Shown here: positions 9,085 to 17,736 of the stretch, one piece after another
Layout: each line of letters begins with the position of its first letter
Numbering within the stretch: the first letter of the stretch is position 1
DNA from: Candidatus Hermodarchaeota archaeon
GTDB taxonomy: Archaea; Asgardarchaeota; Heimdallarchaeia; Hodarchaeales; Hodarchaeaceae
Direction of reading: 5' to 3'
Length of the DNA stretch: 32,000 bases
Assembly: GCA_048886185.1 (NCBI GenBank)
Contig: JBHLKY010000019.1
Span: 62,239-94,238 of the forward strand
Program-made: the position numbers and the translations under genes
The notes under the pieces: generated by a model
The model's input: the letters and a program-made list of their open reading frames with translations, nothing else
The model's database searches: none
Told to the model about the DNA's origin: nothing

Positions 9085-9564
9085 TTAGAGTTTTTTAGTT
9101 AGAATTAGAATATTTTCATCTCGGATCCGCTTTTCTCCCGTTACTGTAAACCCAAATCTCTCATAAAATCTGAGGAGACTCGGAATTTTAAAATATATCT
9201 CTAATTCAATTCCAGTTATTCTCGGCATATTTTTTTGGATCATCTTGATGACCTCCCTAATAGTCCAGAAACCTATTCCCTGTTTTTGATATTGTGGTTT
9301 AATCGCCAAATGAAATAGTTTTATAGTGTCCTCTTTTAGAGGAGCTAAAGAAAAAGTTCCAATTAACTCTTTATTTTCTGAATAAACTCCATATAATTGA
9401 TCCTTTCGGAAAGCATTATTGATTTTTTCAGCGGTATCGTTCAGTGCTCCAGGGGGTCGAGATAACACATTTGATATTGATTGGTAAGCATCCTTTATGA
9501 TTGATTCAATTTGCAATAGTTCTCTTTCATGAGCCAAATGGAAATAAATCATGGTTTCTCTCAC
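9085..9564 (-). CDS. GNAT family N-acetyltransferase
   Basis: Acetyl-CoA motif A LAIKPQYQKQGIG and motif B FYERFGF; 159 aa. Confidence 0.85.
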   Translation of the reverse strand: MRETMIYFHLAHERELLQIESIIKDAYQSISNVLSRPPGALNDTAEKINNAFRKDQLYGVYSENKELIGTFSLAPLKEDTIKLFHLAIKPQYQKQGIGFWTIREVIKMIQKNMPRITGIELEIYFKIPSLLRFYERFGFTVTGEKRIRDENILILTKKL

Positions 9565-9565
9565 T

Positions 9566-10282
9566 CTATCCTGGAAAATTTTTGCTTTCTCGAATAAAAC
9601 GAGCTGGGGTTCCAGCGTAAATTGTATTTGGAGGGATTTTTTGTCCTTTTGTTACAAGAGAATTCACCCCAATCACACTGTTGTCTCCGATCTCTGCACC
9701 TGGAGCAATAATTGTATTTCCTCCTATTGTAACATTTCTCCCAATTTTAACTGCTGCAATTGTCAGATATTGATTTTCTGTAACATGAGCAGCAATGATT
9801 GCACGCAATCCAATGAAACAGTTATCACCAATTGTAACTAGATGCGAATCAATCATTGTACCTGATGAAAGATATACATTCTTTCCAACATTCAAACCAT
9901 ATAATCTAAGGAATTTTGCCAAAAACATGGAATATAGATGAGGAATAAAACTAAAAGCTTTCAACATTGATTTAAAAATCCCTGGAGAGACAATAGTGAC
10001 ACCATATAATTGAGCTAAATCAGAACCATGATAGTATCTTCCTGGTTGTATTTTTGGTAAAAATAAACGACAAATTATCTGGGAATGAATGATTCCAAAA
10101 GCGATTGAGGAAATGAAGTAAAGAATGGGTAAAAACATTGCTATAATAAGCCAGAGAAGAAAATCATTCACTGAAATCATCAATAAATATACAGATATGA
10201 ACTCTGGTAGAAAAACTGCCATAAAAGTTATGGCTGTGAAGAAAAAATATCCAAATAATCGAAATTTTGTTATAAATTTCAA
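9566..10282 (-). CDS. Membrane-anchored left-handed beta-helix (hexapeptide repeat) acyltransferase
   Basis: Hydrophobic N-terminal segments, then hexapeptide repeats (VTIGDNCFIG, VKIGRNVTIGGNTIIAPGAEIGDNSVIG) and C-terminal YAGTPARFI. Confidence 0.82.
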   Translation of the reverse strand: MKFITKFRLFGYFFFTAITFMAVFLPEFISVYLLMISVNDFLLWLIIAMFLPILYFISSIAFGIIHSQIICRLFLPKIQPGRYYHGSDLAQLYGVTIVSPGIFKSMLKAFSFIPHLYSMFLAKFLRLYGLNVGKNVYLSSGTMIDSHLVTIGDNCFIGLRAIIAAHVTENQYLTIAAVKIGRNVTIGGNTIIAPGAEIGDNSVIGVNSLVTKGQKIPPNTIYAGTPARFIRESKNFPG

Positions 10283-10313
10283 AAGTAATCCCTATTTCCT
10301 ATATTATTGTAGA

Positions 10314-11084
10314 TTAGTGAGGGATGATTTCTTTTACCTGTTTAACCGTTTCAGACGCTTTAATAACAAGTTTCTCCAGTCCAGATGCGGGGTCTCCGTC
10401 AACATAAAGTAATAATCCCTCGCTAATTTTATAGGCAACTAAATTAGTCGCCTCTGAAGATACAACTAGATATCGTAAATTCCTCATATATGTTGAAACA
10501 TTTAAGAGACGAATAGCTCCCTCCATTCGTGTTTGATCCATTTTATATTCGAGTAGAATATCCCCAGTGAATGAAACAATCATGGCACCCCTTACTCCTA
10601 TGTTTTTTTGTTGGACTAATTTTTTCAGATAAAAGAGAGCAGCATTTTTTGAGCTAGTTAACATCTCACGAGTTTCACCCAAAAAGACTTCGTCAACATG
10701 ATTTTTGAATGGTTCAAATATATCTGTTTCAATAATTTGCATTTCTTCCGCCCGTGTTCCATATTCTGCTAAAAAAAGACTCGAAATAGTAGTTAATTTA
10801 AATTGTAAGTCTAATGGACTTACAAGAGGAGAAGCTAATATAGCGAACACTAATCCACCTCTTTCAATGAAGGAGAATCGGAGATCTGTCATATCAACAA
10901 CTTTCAAATCGCTCAATGATGTTGATTTAGCGAAAGTGAACATAGCTGTCAAAAAAGCTACTACTAGATGGGCATCTGGTGTTTTAGTATCATGAGTTTC
11001 GTAAGATCGCGTAAATAGTGTGTTTCCTGTTTCTTTTTCAAAAATGAAAAAAGCTTTTATTGTCTTGAATTTCTCTAAAGCCAT
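10314..11084 (-). CDS. Longin-domain protein with C-terminal roadblock-like domain
   Basis: Longin pattern FIFEKETGNTLFTRSY...DAHLVVAFLTAMFTFA...VVDMTDLRFSF...LVFAILA...FLAEY...FEPFKNHVDEVF. C-terminal GVRGAMIVSFTGDIL...LVAYKISEGLLLYV resembles roadblock/LC7. Confidence 0.72.
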   Translation of the reverse strand: MALEKFKTIKAFFIFEKETGNTLFTRSYETHDTKTPDAHLVVAFLTAMFTFAKSTSLSDLKVVDMTDLRFSFIERGGLVFAILASPLVSPLDLQFKLTTISSLFLAEYGTRAEEMQIIETDIFEPFKNHVDEVFLGETREMLTSSKNAALFYLKKLVQQKNIGVRGAMIVSFTGDILLEYKMDQTRMEGAIRLLNVSTYMRNLRYLVVSSEATNLVAYKISEGLLLYVDGDPASGLEKLVIKASETVKQVKEIIPH

Positions 11085-11099
11085 GTTGAACTGAACTCC

Positions 11100-11669
11100 T
11101 CATTCATCTAAGATATATTTCTTAGCTGTAAGATTTAAGATTCTGGTTGTCATAGTTTGAAAAGCCTCATTTACATTTTGTCCAGTTTTAGCAGAAGTTT
11201 CAACATAATCAATGACATGCATTGCTTTTTGGATTCTTTTTGTTTGAGAACTCGTAAATGCTCGTTCTTGCTTCAAATCCGCCTTATTTCCAATAAGGAT
11301 CGATAAACATTTTGGAGAAACTTTTAGAACTTGTGATTGCCACCTTTCTTGCATATTGAGAAGTGTTTCCCTACGGGTCAAGTCAAAAACATAAAACGCT
11401 CCAAGAGCTCCTTTTAAATAGAGATGTGAGTATGAAACATGCCTAGCCTGGCCAGCAATGTCCCATACTTGTAATGATACAGTCCGTTGTACATCTTTTG
11501 TATCAATAAACTTTACTGTTTTAGTAAGAAAATCAACTCCTAAACTCATGCTATATTCTTCTCGGAACTTATTCTCAATAAAGCGTAATATTAATGATGT
11601 TTTACCTACTGCCCCATCACCTAATAGTAATACCTTCAAAATATGTTTAATTTCTTTACCTTTAGCCAA
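11100..11669 (-). CDS. Rab-like small GTPase
   Basis: G1 GDGAVGKT, G2 region YSMSLGVDF, G3 WDIAGQ, G4 NKAD, G5 ETSAKT. Likely start is the TTG at 11669 after GGAGATGG; the extension to 11921 in the ORF track looks non-coding. No C-terminal Cys. Confidence 0.9.
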   Translation of the reverse strand: MAKGKEIKHILKVLLLGDGAVGKTSLILRFIENKFREEYSMSLGVDFLTKTVKFIDTKDVQRTVSLQVWDIAGQARHVSYSHLYLKGALGAFYVFDLTRRETLLNMQERWQSQVLKVSPKCLSILIGNKADLKQERAFTSSQTKRIQKAMHVIDYVETSAKTGQNVNEAFQTMTTRILNLTAKKYILDE

Positions 11670-11959
11670 ACTACCATCTCCAGCTTTAATGAGTGTCCCG
11701 AGACGATTAATGGAATTATAATAATAAAAGGAATATAGTGTGCACCATTTCAAAAGCTTTTCTTCGAATATTAAAAAGATAGTAACAGTAATAAAAAGGA
11801 ATGTTCGAATGTGAATAGGAAATATGGTATTTGCTTTATTGTGAAAAGCCAAAAAAAGAATCTCTGATCCTTCTCGATATTTCAAGGAAAAAATTTGATG
11901 AGTAGTCATGCAAATTCTCATAAAGCCTCTTATCTTAGTGCATAGAAGAATTTTTTAGG

Positions 11960-12244
11960 ATGAAACCTCGGGTGAATCGAGGGTTGGATTCAGAAACAGA
12001 CCTATCTGGGACAGAAAAGTGGATAGAACTTGTACTAAAGGAGTTAGTAGAGGCTACTACAGTTGAGATTATTGATCGTGTGAGCATGTTCAATCAGGAC
12101 TGTGCTGATCGTATACCCATGGTTTTGACTCAAATGCGAATAGATGGGAAGGTCACCTATGAAGTTGTATCATCTCCTGATGGAAAAAGACAAAATATTG
12201 TCTGGAGATTAATTGAATCCAAAAAAACTGTTGAAAATAGATGA
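11960..12244 (+). CDS. Small hypothetical protein, probable winged helix-turn-helix
   Basis: 94 aa with helix-helix-helix-hairpin pattern (WIELVLKEL, TTVEIIDRV, RIPMVLTQMRIDGKV, IVWRL). Divergent from the GTPase gene. Confidence 0.55.
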   Translation: MKPRVNRGLDSETDLSGTEKWIELVLKELVEATTVEIIDRVSMFNQDCADRIPMVLTQMRIDGKVTYEVVSSPDGKRQNIVWRLIESKKTVENR

Positions 12245-12260
12245 AACTTTCTTGATTACC

Positions 12261-13958
12261 TTATAATAAAAATTCCTGCCCTTCTAAGGGGAAAAATATT
12301 TTCGAATAAGTATTAAGGATTGGAATTTTATTTATTACTTCCGATCCTAAATGAATAAGGGCCATCCTATCAGTTAATGATGCAAGTTTGGTTATCTGGT
12401 GATAATTTAAGTGCATTTCATGTGTTGTGTTTAAAAAATTACATTCAGAAATTGTCAATTGAGTTTTTTTAACAAGATGGTGTAATTCATCTGTCCACCC
12501 AGTATCACCTGAATAAGCAATAGAAAGATCTTTCATTTCTAATCTATATCCTTGAGCTTCAGGAGTATGAAGCATTTTAAAAGCTCTGATGATTAATCCA
12601 TCCATCTTCAATGGAGAATTAGATGGTGTAAGAACTGAGAATTCACAATAAAAAGGGAGCTTTTCTTCTGCGATGTTTCCATATAATGCTGAGTAAAGAT
12701 CATTTGTCTTTCTGTCAATCTCTGGAGGGCCAATGATCATCAGTGGCTTTTTCCTTCGTTGAAAAATGCCAGCTTCTAGTAGAAAGAACGGAATCCCACC
12801 AAAATGATCCCCATGAAAATGGGAGATAAGGATTATATCAACATTATTGGTTTCTCTGCGTGATTTCTTTAATGCCTGTATTGTGTGGGGGCCACAATCC
12901 AATAGAATTCCTTTATCACCAATTTCTACAAAAACAGAGGCACTTTTCCCTCCCCCTGATCCAAAAGCGTCTCCAGTTCCTAAAAACACAATATTCATCT
13001 TATGAGTTCTCTTTGGTTTGATTATTGTTCCAACAGCTTCTCCATTCAAAGCAGTGCTGAACTCTTTGAGTCCTACGACCCAACATTTGGTGTGAGATTT
13101 TGCTAATTCAATGATATTCTTCAATTTACCGGTCATTTCATTTGTAACATCAAAGTTTCCTTTAGTTTTAACATTCTGAAAGGAAAGGATTTCATCATTA
13201 ATACCAAAATATGATATTTCGTCCGCGTCAACTTCAATTCGAGAAATAAATTTAGCATCAGAGAAACTTGGATCCTTCGTATATATTCCAGTCCGTTTTC
13301 CCTCCACATTAGTAAGAAATATGACTGAATCTAAACGAGTAATGTTAAGACGTCTTGTCAAAGCTGCAGGATAGATATCACCAGAGAATACTTTCCAACC
13401 GCTTGATGTAGAACCAACATCTCCATAAAAAACTGGTACTGCTGTAGTTTCAGTAATTATTTGTTCAAAAATTGTTAGATCAAAAGCATCAGCTTTTTTT
13501 GATGAAGTATTTTCTGTTGGAACACCTCTTAAAATGGGATGGGAAGGGAAAGAGATAGCATTTATACCATTTTTTATGGCTTCAGATACAATTATTTGAT
13601 TCTGAATGGCAACTGCAAGTTTGATGAAAGGGTATTGAATATCGAGATCTGAATGGTTCTTTAATAAATGAATAACCAAGGAATGTCCTATTGAACCAGC
13701 CCCATGAATTAATGCTAATTTCCTTTTGGGATTTTCAGCTAAAAACGACGATAAAATCTTAAGGATTTCATTAAGATAATCAAAGTTAACTAAATCAATA
13801 ATTTTCTCAGTTAATGTTCCTAATGAACCTGTACCTGATTTAAAGAAGTCTATTTGATCTAAATATTGTTTAATGCGATAAGAATCTTTTTTATAAGTTA
13901 TTAAGCTTCCACCCATTTTAACTAACGTGATTGGCGTTTTCTTCATTCTTTTCACCAA
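12261..13958 (-). CDS. Fusion: isopentenyl phosphate kinase-like amino-acid-kinase domain + metallo-beta-lactamase (RNase Z-like) hydrolase
   Basis: N-terminal VKMGGSLIT, IHGAGSIGH, PVFYGDV, SGD, TNVEG..YTKDP and DVTNEMTGKL. From aa 321: MNIVFLGTGDAFGSGG, LLDCG, SHFHGDHFGG, HTPEA, YSGDT and HL. No stop codon between the two halves. Confidence 0.82.
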   Translation of the reverse strand: MVKRMKKTPITLVKMGGSLITYKKDSYRIKQYLDQIDFFKSGTGSLGTLTEKIIDLVNFDYLNEILKILSSFLAENPKRKLALIHGAGSIGHSLVIHLLKNHSDLDIQYPFIKLAVAIQNQIIVSEAIKNGINAISFPSHPILRGVPTENTSSKKADAFDLTIFEQIITETTAVPVFYGDVGSTSSGWKVFSGDIYPAALTRRLNITRLDSVIFLTNVEGKRTGIYTKDPSFSDAKFISRIEVDADEISYFGINDEILSFQNVKTKGNFDVTNEMTGKLKNIIELAKSHTKCWVVGLKEFSTALNGEAVGTIIKPKRTHKMNIVFLGTGDAFGSGGGKSASVFVEIGDKGILLDCGPHTIQALKKSRRETNNVDIILISHFHGDHFGGIPFFLLEAGIFQRRKKPLMIIGPPEIDRKTNDLYSALYGNIAEEKLPFYCEFSVLTPSNSPLKMDGLIIRAFKMLHTPEAQGYRLEMKDLSIAYSGDTGWTDELHHLVKKTQLTISECNFLNTTHEMHLNYHQITKLASLTDRMALIHLGSEVINKIPILNTYSKIFFPLEGQEFLL

Positions 13959-14228
13959 ATCTGTTTTTGATGTTGCCTAAACAGACACAAAATGGGACTC
14001 TCGATGATCATCATCTTCATTATTTCGTTTTTTTCTATTCCAACAACGAATGAAAGTCTAATTTTTTCCAAATGACTCAACTATGTCACTTTATTGTATT
14101 ATCAATTATTAAATTTTAAATTCCTGTAAATAAAGGAATACCCAAGGAATCTCTTTAGTTATTTTATGAGAAGCATTTTTTAATTAGAGTTTTGTTGCTC
14201 TTTAAAAACTTAGTAAGGTAGAGTATTC

Positions 14229-15875
14229 ATGAAAATTACTAAGATTATCTTTATCATACTTCCTACAAGCATCGTGTGGTTAGTTACAGCTCCTTTTCTC
14301 CTAGTTTATGCTTTTGATTTGCTTGAAATAGACATAAATCAGAGTTTATCCAGTTCTGGTGTGATTCTTCTATTTTTTACTGCAATTTTCGCCACTTTTT
14401 CCTTGTATTTATCTGGATACATCATTGATAAGAATCCACAGGTAATCAACACATTAATCACAGGATCTTTGATAATGAGTGGGATTAGTCTCTTCATCAC
14501 AGTTCTAGGTGTTGATTTTTTTATTTTTCTTATATTAGGATTGATAAGTCTTGGTTTTTTCTTGGGAATATTAGCATCAGGAGCTAGTGCACTATATACA
14601 GCACATTCAGAGGTCCACCACCGAGGACGTATTTATGCCAGTGCCCTATTCATCAGTGCAATTATATCACTAATCATTATCCTATATGTTGAACTCTTTA
14701 AGCTAGATATTCGAATTCCTCTCCTTATTATTAGCAATTTGGCGATTCTTGCTGCAATCCTTTTCTATTATGTTTCTCGCTCATCATCTCCTTGGGTGAA
14801 TGATAAATTCCCTACTCCAATCAAACATATTATTAATCGGAGATCAGTTAAAGCTTATTTGGTCGCTCATTTCTTCTTTTATTTTATGCTTGGAATAGCT
14901 TTTGCTACTCTATCCCAGATCGGTCATTCACGGTATCCCGATCTACTAGTTACTCTGCCATTCCTTGGAAAGCTGGCATTAGATCAGACAAAATTATTTT
15001 GGATCATTGTTTTCTTTGGTGATTTACTTTGTGTATTACCAATGGGGTGGTTTTCTGATCATTTTGGAAGAAAGAACCTTGTTGTAATGGGTTTTTATGG
15101 AGTCGTAGTTGCAGCATTAATTGTAGGCTTAAGTGAAAATCCAATAATGTTCTACTTCTCTGCGTATCTATTAGGGGTCAGCTTTTCAGCGATCCATCCC
15201 TCTCTTGATAGTGCTGTATGGTGTGACTTAAGCCCTCTTGACTCTGTAGGACGATATAATGCCTTAGGTTTCGTTTTTTTACTACAAGGAGTCGGATGTG
15301 GTTTAGCGATGGGCATATTTATACTTCCCTTAAGTCCTAGTACTATTAGTTATGTCCTTTTTGGTTCAGCTGTTTTTGGATTATTTCCCCTCTTTTTTGT
15401 AGCAGACTCTTTTGAACCTCTTGATATCTACCTTCTCTTAATTGCTACAAGCGGAATATGCATGTTTAATTACGATTTTGAAAGACCAGATCAAAGTAAG
15501 ATTACTGAAAAAGATCTAGCTCTTGTGGCCGGCGCCTTATCAGCTATTAGTACATTTTTCGAGGGGATAAGCCAACAACCTGCTGTTTTAGATCTTGTTC
15601 GTCATGGTAAAGTGGTGACTTTCCAAACAAAAGGAGGAACAGAGAGAAAGGAGCTCATCGCCACAATTTTTACCAACAAGATGGATCCTGAGCTACAACA
15701 AAGCCTAGATAGTTTCTTAGCAAGATTTTGTTTATCTTATCATAACGAGATAAATGAGTGGATTGGTCAAACTAGTGTTTTTGATCCTGCAATCAGTATC
15801 GCTGAAGATGTTTTTGGTCCTCTTATTCCATCTAAAACAGTATTAAGAAGTTTAAAAGAGTCAGAGATTAACTGA
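14229..15875 (+). CDS. MFS transporter fused to C-terminal longin domain (paralog 1)
   Basis: About 12 hydrophobic segments, MFS motif A GWFSDHFGRKN and HHRGR loop. Soluble C-terminus LLLIATSGICMFNYDF...LVAGALSAISTFF...LVRHG...IATIFTNK...FLARF...VFD is longin-like. Confidence 0.8.
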   Translation: MKITKIIFIILPTSIVWLVTAPFLLVYAFDLLEIDINQSLSSSGVILLFFTAIFATFSLYLSGYIIDKNPQVINTLITGSLIMSGISLFITVLGVDFFIFLILGLISLGFFLGILASGASALYTAHSEVHHRGRIYASALFISAIISLIIILYVELFKLDIRIPLLIISNLAILAAILFYYVSRSSSPWVNDKFPTPIKHIINRRSVKAYLVAHFFFYFMLGIAFATLSQIGHSRYPDLLVTLPFLGKLALDQTKLFWIIVFFGDLLCVLPMGWFSDHFGRKNLVVMGFYGVVVAALIVGLSENPIMFYFSAYLLGVSFSAIHPSLDSAVWCDLSPLDSVGRYNALGFVFLLQGVGCGLAMGIFILPLSPSTISYVLFGSAVFGLFPLFFVADSFEPLDIYLLLIATSGICMFNYDFERPDQSKITEKDLALVAGALSAISTFFEGISQQPAVLDLVRHGKVVTFQTKGGTERKELIATIFTNKMDPELQQSLDSFLARFCLSYHNEINEWIGQTSVFDPAISIAEDVFGPLIPSKTVLRSLKESEIN

Positions 15876-16057
15876 TTACCAATATTATTACTATGATGAC
15901 TGTTACTTCAAAATAAAAAGGATGGGTAAGTAAGTTAATAAAGTTCCCCAGATCAATAAAATATTAACATTTTTCTACGAGAATATCAAGAAAGGAAGAA
16001 AATTACTAAATAAATATTATGATATACGTTGTAAAATAGATAACAGAATCCTATATA

Positions 16058-17734
16058 ATGTCCAATGTGATAAAAGTGAAAATCAAAATAATTTTGACCG
16101 TAATTATCCCAAGTATATTCTCTTGGTTGTTAGCTTCCCTATTACTCTTGGTTTATTCTTTTGATATTTTAGATAAAGTAGAATCGTCAAAAAACAATCC
16201 TTTTCTCGGATTTGGAATGTTGATATTGGGTTTTGTATTGTGTTTGGTTATCTTCATGCTTTACTATACTGGCTCTGTACTCGATAGCCATCCAGAATAT
16301 TTATGGCTTTCTGTGATAATAGGGATGGTGGGGAGCTCTATTTCAGTTATTATTTCAATTATATTTTTTGAGGAATATATAATATTGATGATTGGATTGA
16401 TATGCCTTGCTTTCTTTTTCGGAATATTGTTAACAAGTAATGGAACACTGTTTGCTGGGTTAACAGATATGTGGCACCGAGGAAGAGTATATTCATATTG
16501 TATCTTCATCTTTATTGCTATTGCCTTACTTAGTATCCTCTTTGGGGGAGTATTTTCGCATGAATATGAGAGGATTTACCAAAGTGGGATTTGGACTTAT
16601 AGCTTCACAAGTGTGTTAGTTGTTGTTGGTATTCTTGGACTTATATTTGCTTTAATTTTTTTCCTTTTAACCCGTAATCTAGGTATCCCTTGGCAAAATG
16701 ATAAATGGCCAACAAAATTTTCCAAAATCATTGGACGAAGGTCAGTTCGAGCTTATATACTCTCACACATTTTATTATATACGATGCTTGGTATTTCTTT
16801 AGCTAGTTTTTCTCGAATTGGAGAGTTATTGGAAATTTCTTGGGCAATAGGGGAGTATGATCTCCCTGTTGATAAAACGTTTTGGTTTTTCGTCCTACTT
16901 GGAGATCTCCTAGTGATTTTACCTGCTGGGTACCTTGCGGATCGTTTCGGACGAAAAAATTTTATTGTTGCTGCAATTTATGGATTAGTATTTGCATCAT
17001 TGATTTTTGGGCTAGAAAAGTCTCCCAATAGCTTCCTCATTGCTGCTTTTGGTATAGGTTTTTCTTTTGCAATGCTCCATACAACACTAGACTCCTCTTT
17101 ATGGGCTGATTTATCTCCTCGGGATGGTCTTGGCCGTTATTACTCGATTGGGTTTATTTCACTTGCACTTGGTCTTGGAATTGGCTCTGGATTTGGTCAT
17201 TGGGTTTTAACACCTATGGTTACTGATCTTTCGGGATTAGAATTCATTACATACCTTATAACTATTTTAGCAGTTCTATCGGCTTTACCTTTGTTCTGGG
17301 TATCAGATAGTTTCAAACCACTTGATTTTACGCTCCTTCTTGTTATTGAGGAAGGAGGACTACCAATCTTCGATTACACATTTACAAAAGATATAGATAC
17401 CAGTATTGAATTAACATTACTTTCAGGAGCTCTCAAAGCCGTATCCTCTTTTATGTCCGAAACCATGAAAGACAAAGGCGATTTGAATCTAGTAAGACAT
17501 GGTAACCACTTTATATTGACTGAAAAAAAGAATGGAACATCTGCTGCTATTTTTAGTAATAAACAGGATCCAGAATTACATAAAGCTCTTCGAGAATTTC
17601 TTGAAAAGTTCTGTATTAAGTATAATGAAACGCTTAAAACATGGCGTGGAGTTCGGTCTCTATTTGATGGTGCTGTTGATATTGCAGAGGAAGTTTTTGG
17701 ATATCTATCACCTTCAACGAACCTTGAAGAATAA
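16058..17734 (+). CDS. MFS transporter fused to C-terminal longin domain (paralog 2)
   Basis: About 12 TM segments, motif A GYLADRFGRKN and WHRGR. C-terminus LLLVIEEGGLPIFDYTF...LLSGALKAVSSFMSE...LVRHGNHFIL...AAIFSNK...FLEKF...LFDGAVDIAEEVF. Confidence 0.82.
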   Translation: MSNVIKVKIKIILTVIIPSIFSWLLASLLLLVYSFDILDKVESSKNNPFLGFGMLILGFVLCLVIFMLYYTGSVLDSHPEYLWLSVIIGMVGSSISVIISIIFFEEYIILMIGLICLAFFFGILLTSNGTLFAGLTDMWHRGRVYSYCIFIFIAIALLSILFGGVFSHEYERIYQSGIWTYSFTSVLVVVGILGLIFALIFFLLTRNLGIPWQNDKWPTKFSKIIGRRSVRAYILSHILLYTMLGISLASFSRIGELLEISWAIGEYDLPVDKTFWFFVLLGDLLVILPAGYLADRFGRKNFIVAAIYGLVFASLIFGLEKSPNSFLIAAFGIGFSFAMLHTTLDSSLWADLSPRDGLGRYYSIGFISLALGLGIGSGFGHWVLTPMVTDLSGLEFITYLITILAVLSALPLFWVSDSFKPLDFTLLLVIEEGGLPIFDYTFTKDIDTSIELTLLSGALKAVSSFMSETMKDKGDLNLVRHGNHFILTEKKNGTSAAIFSNKQDPELHKALREFLEKFCIKYNETLKTWRGVRSLFDGAVDIAEEVFGYLSPSTNLEE

Positions 17735-17736
17735 TA

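Noticed and set aside
11670-11921. 84-aa hydrophobic N-terminal extension on the Rab-like GTPase (would suggest a membrane anchor)
   Set aside because: AT-rich, intergenic-looking sequence. A TTG with an SD-like GGAGATGG at 11669 gives a normal-sized 189-aa GTPase.
13959-14030. Short hairpin (TCTGTTT...AAACAGA) and GATGATCATC palindrome in the IPK/MFS divergent region
   Set aside because: Short arms expected by chance in AT-rich DNA; no second copy seen.
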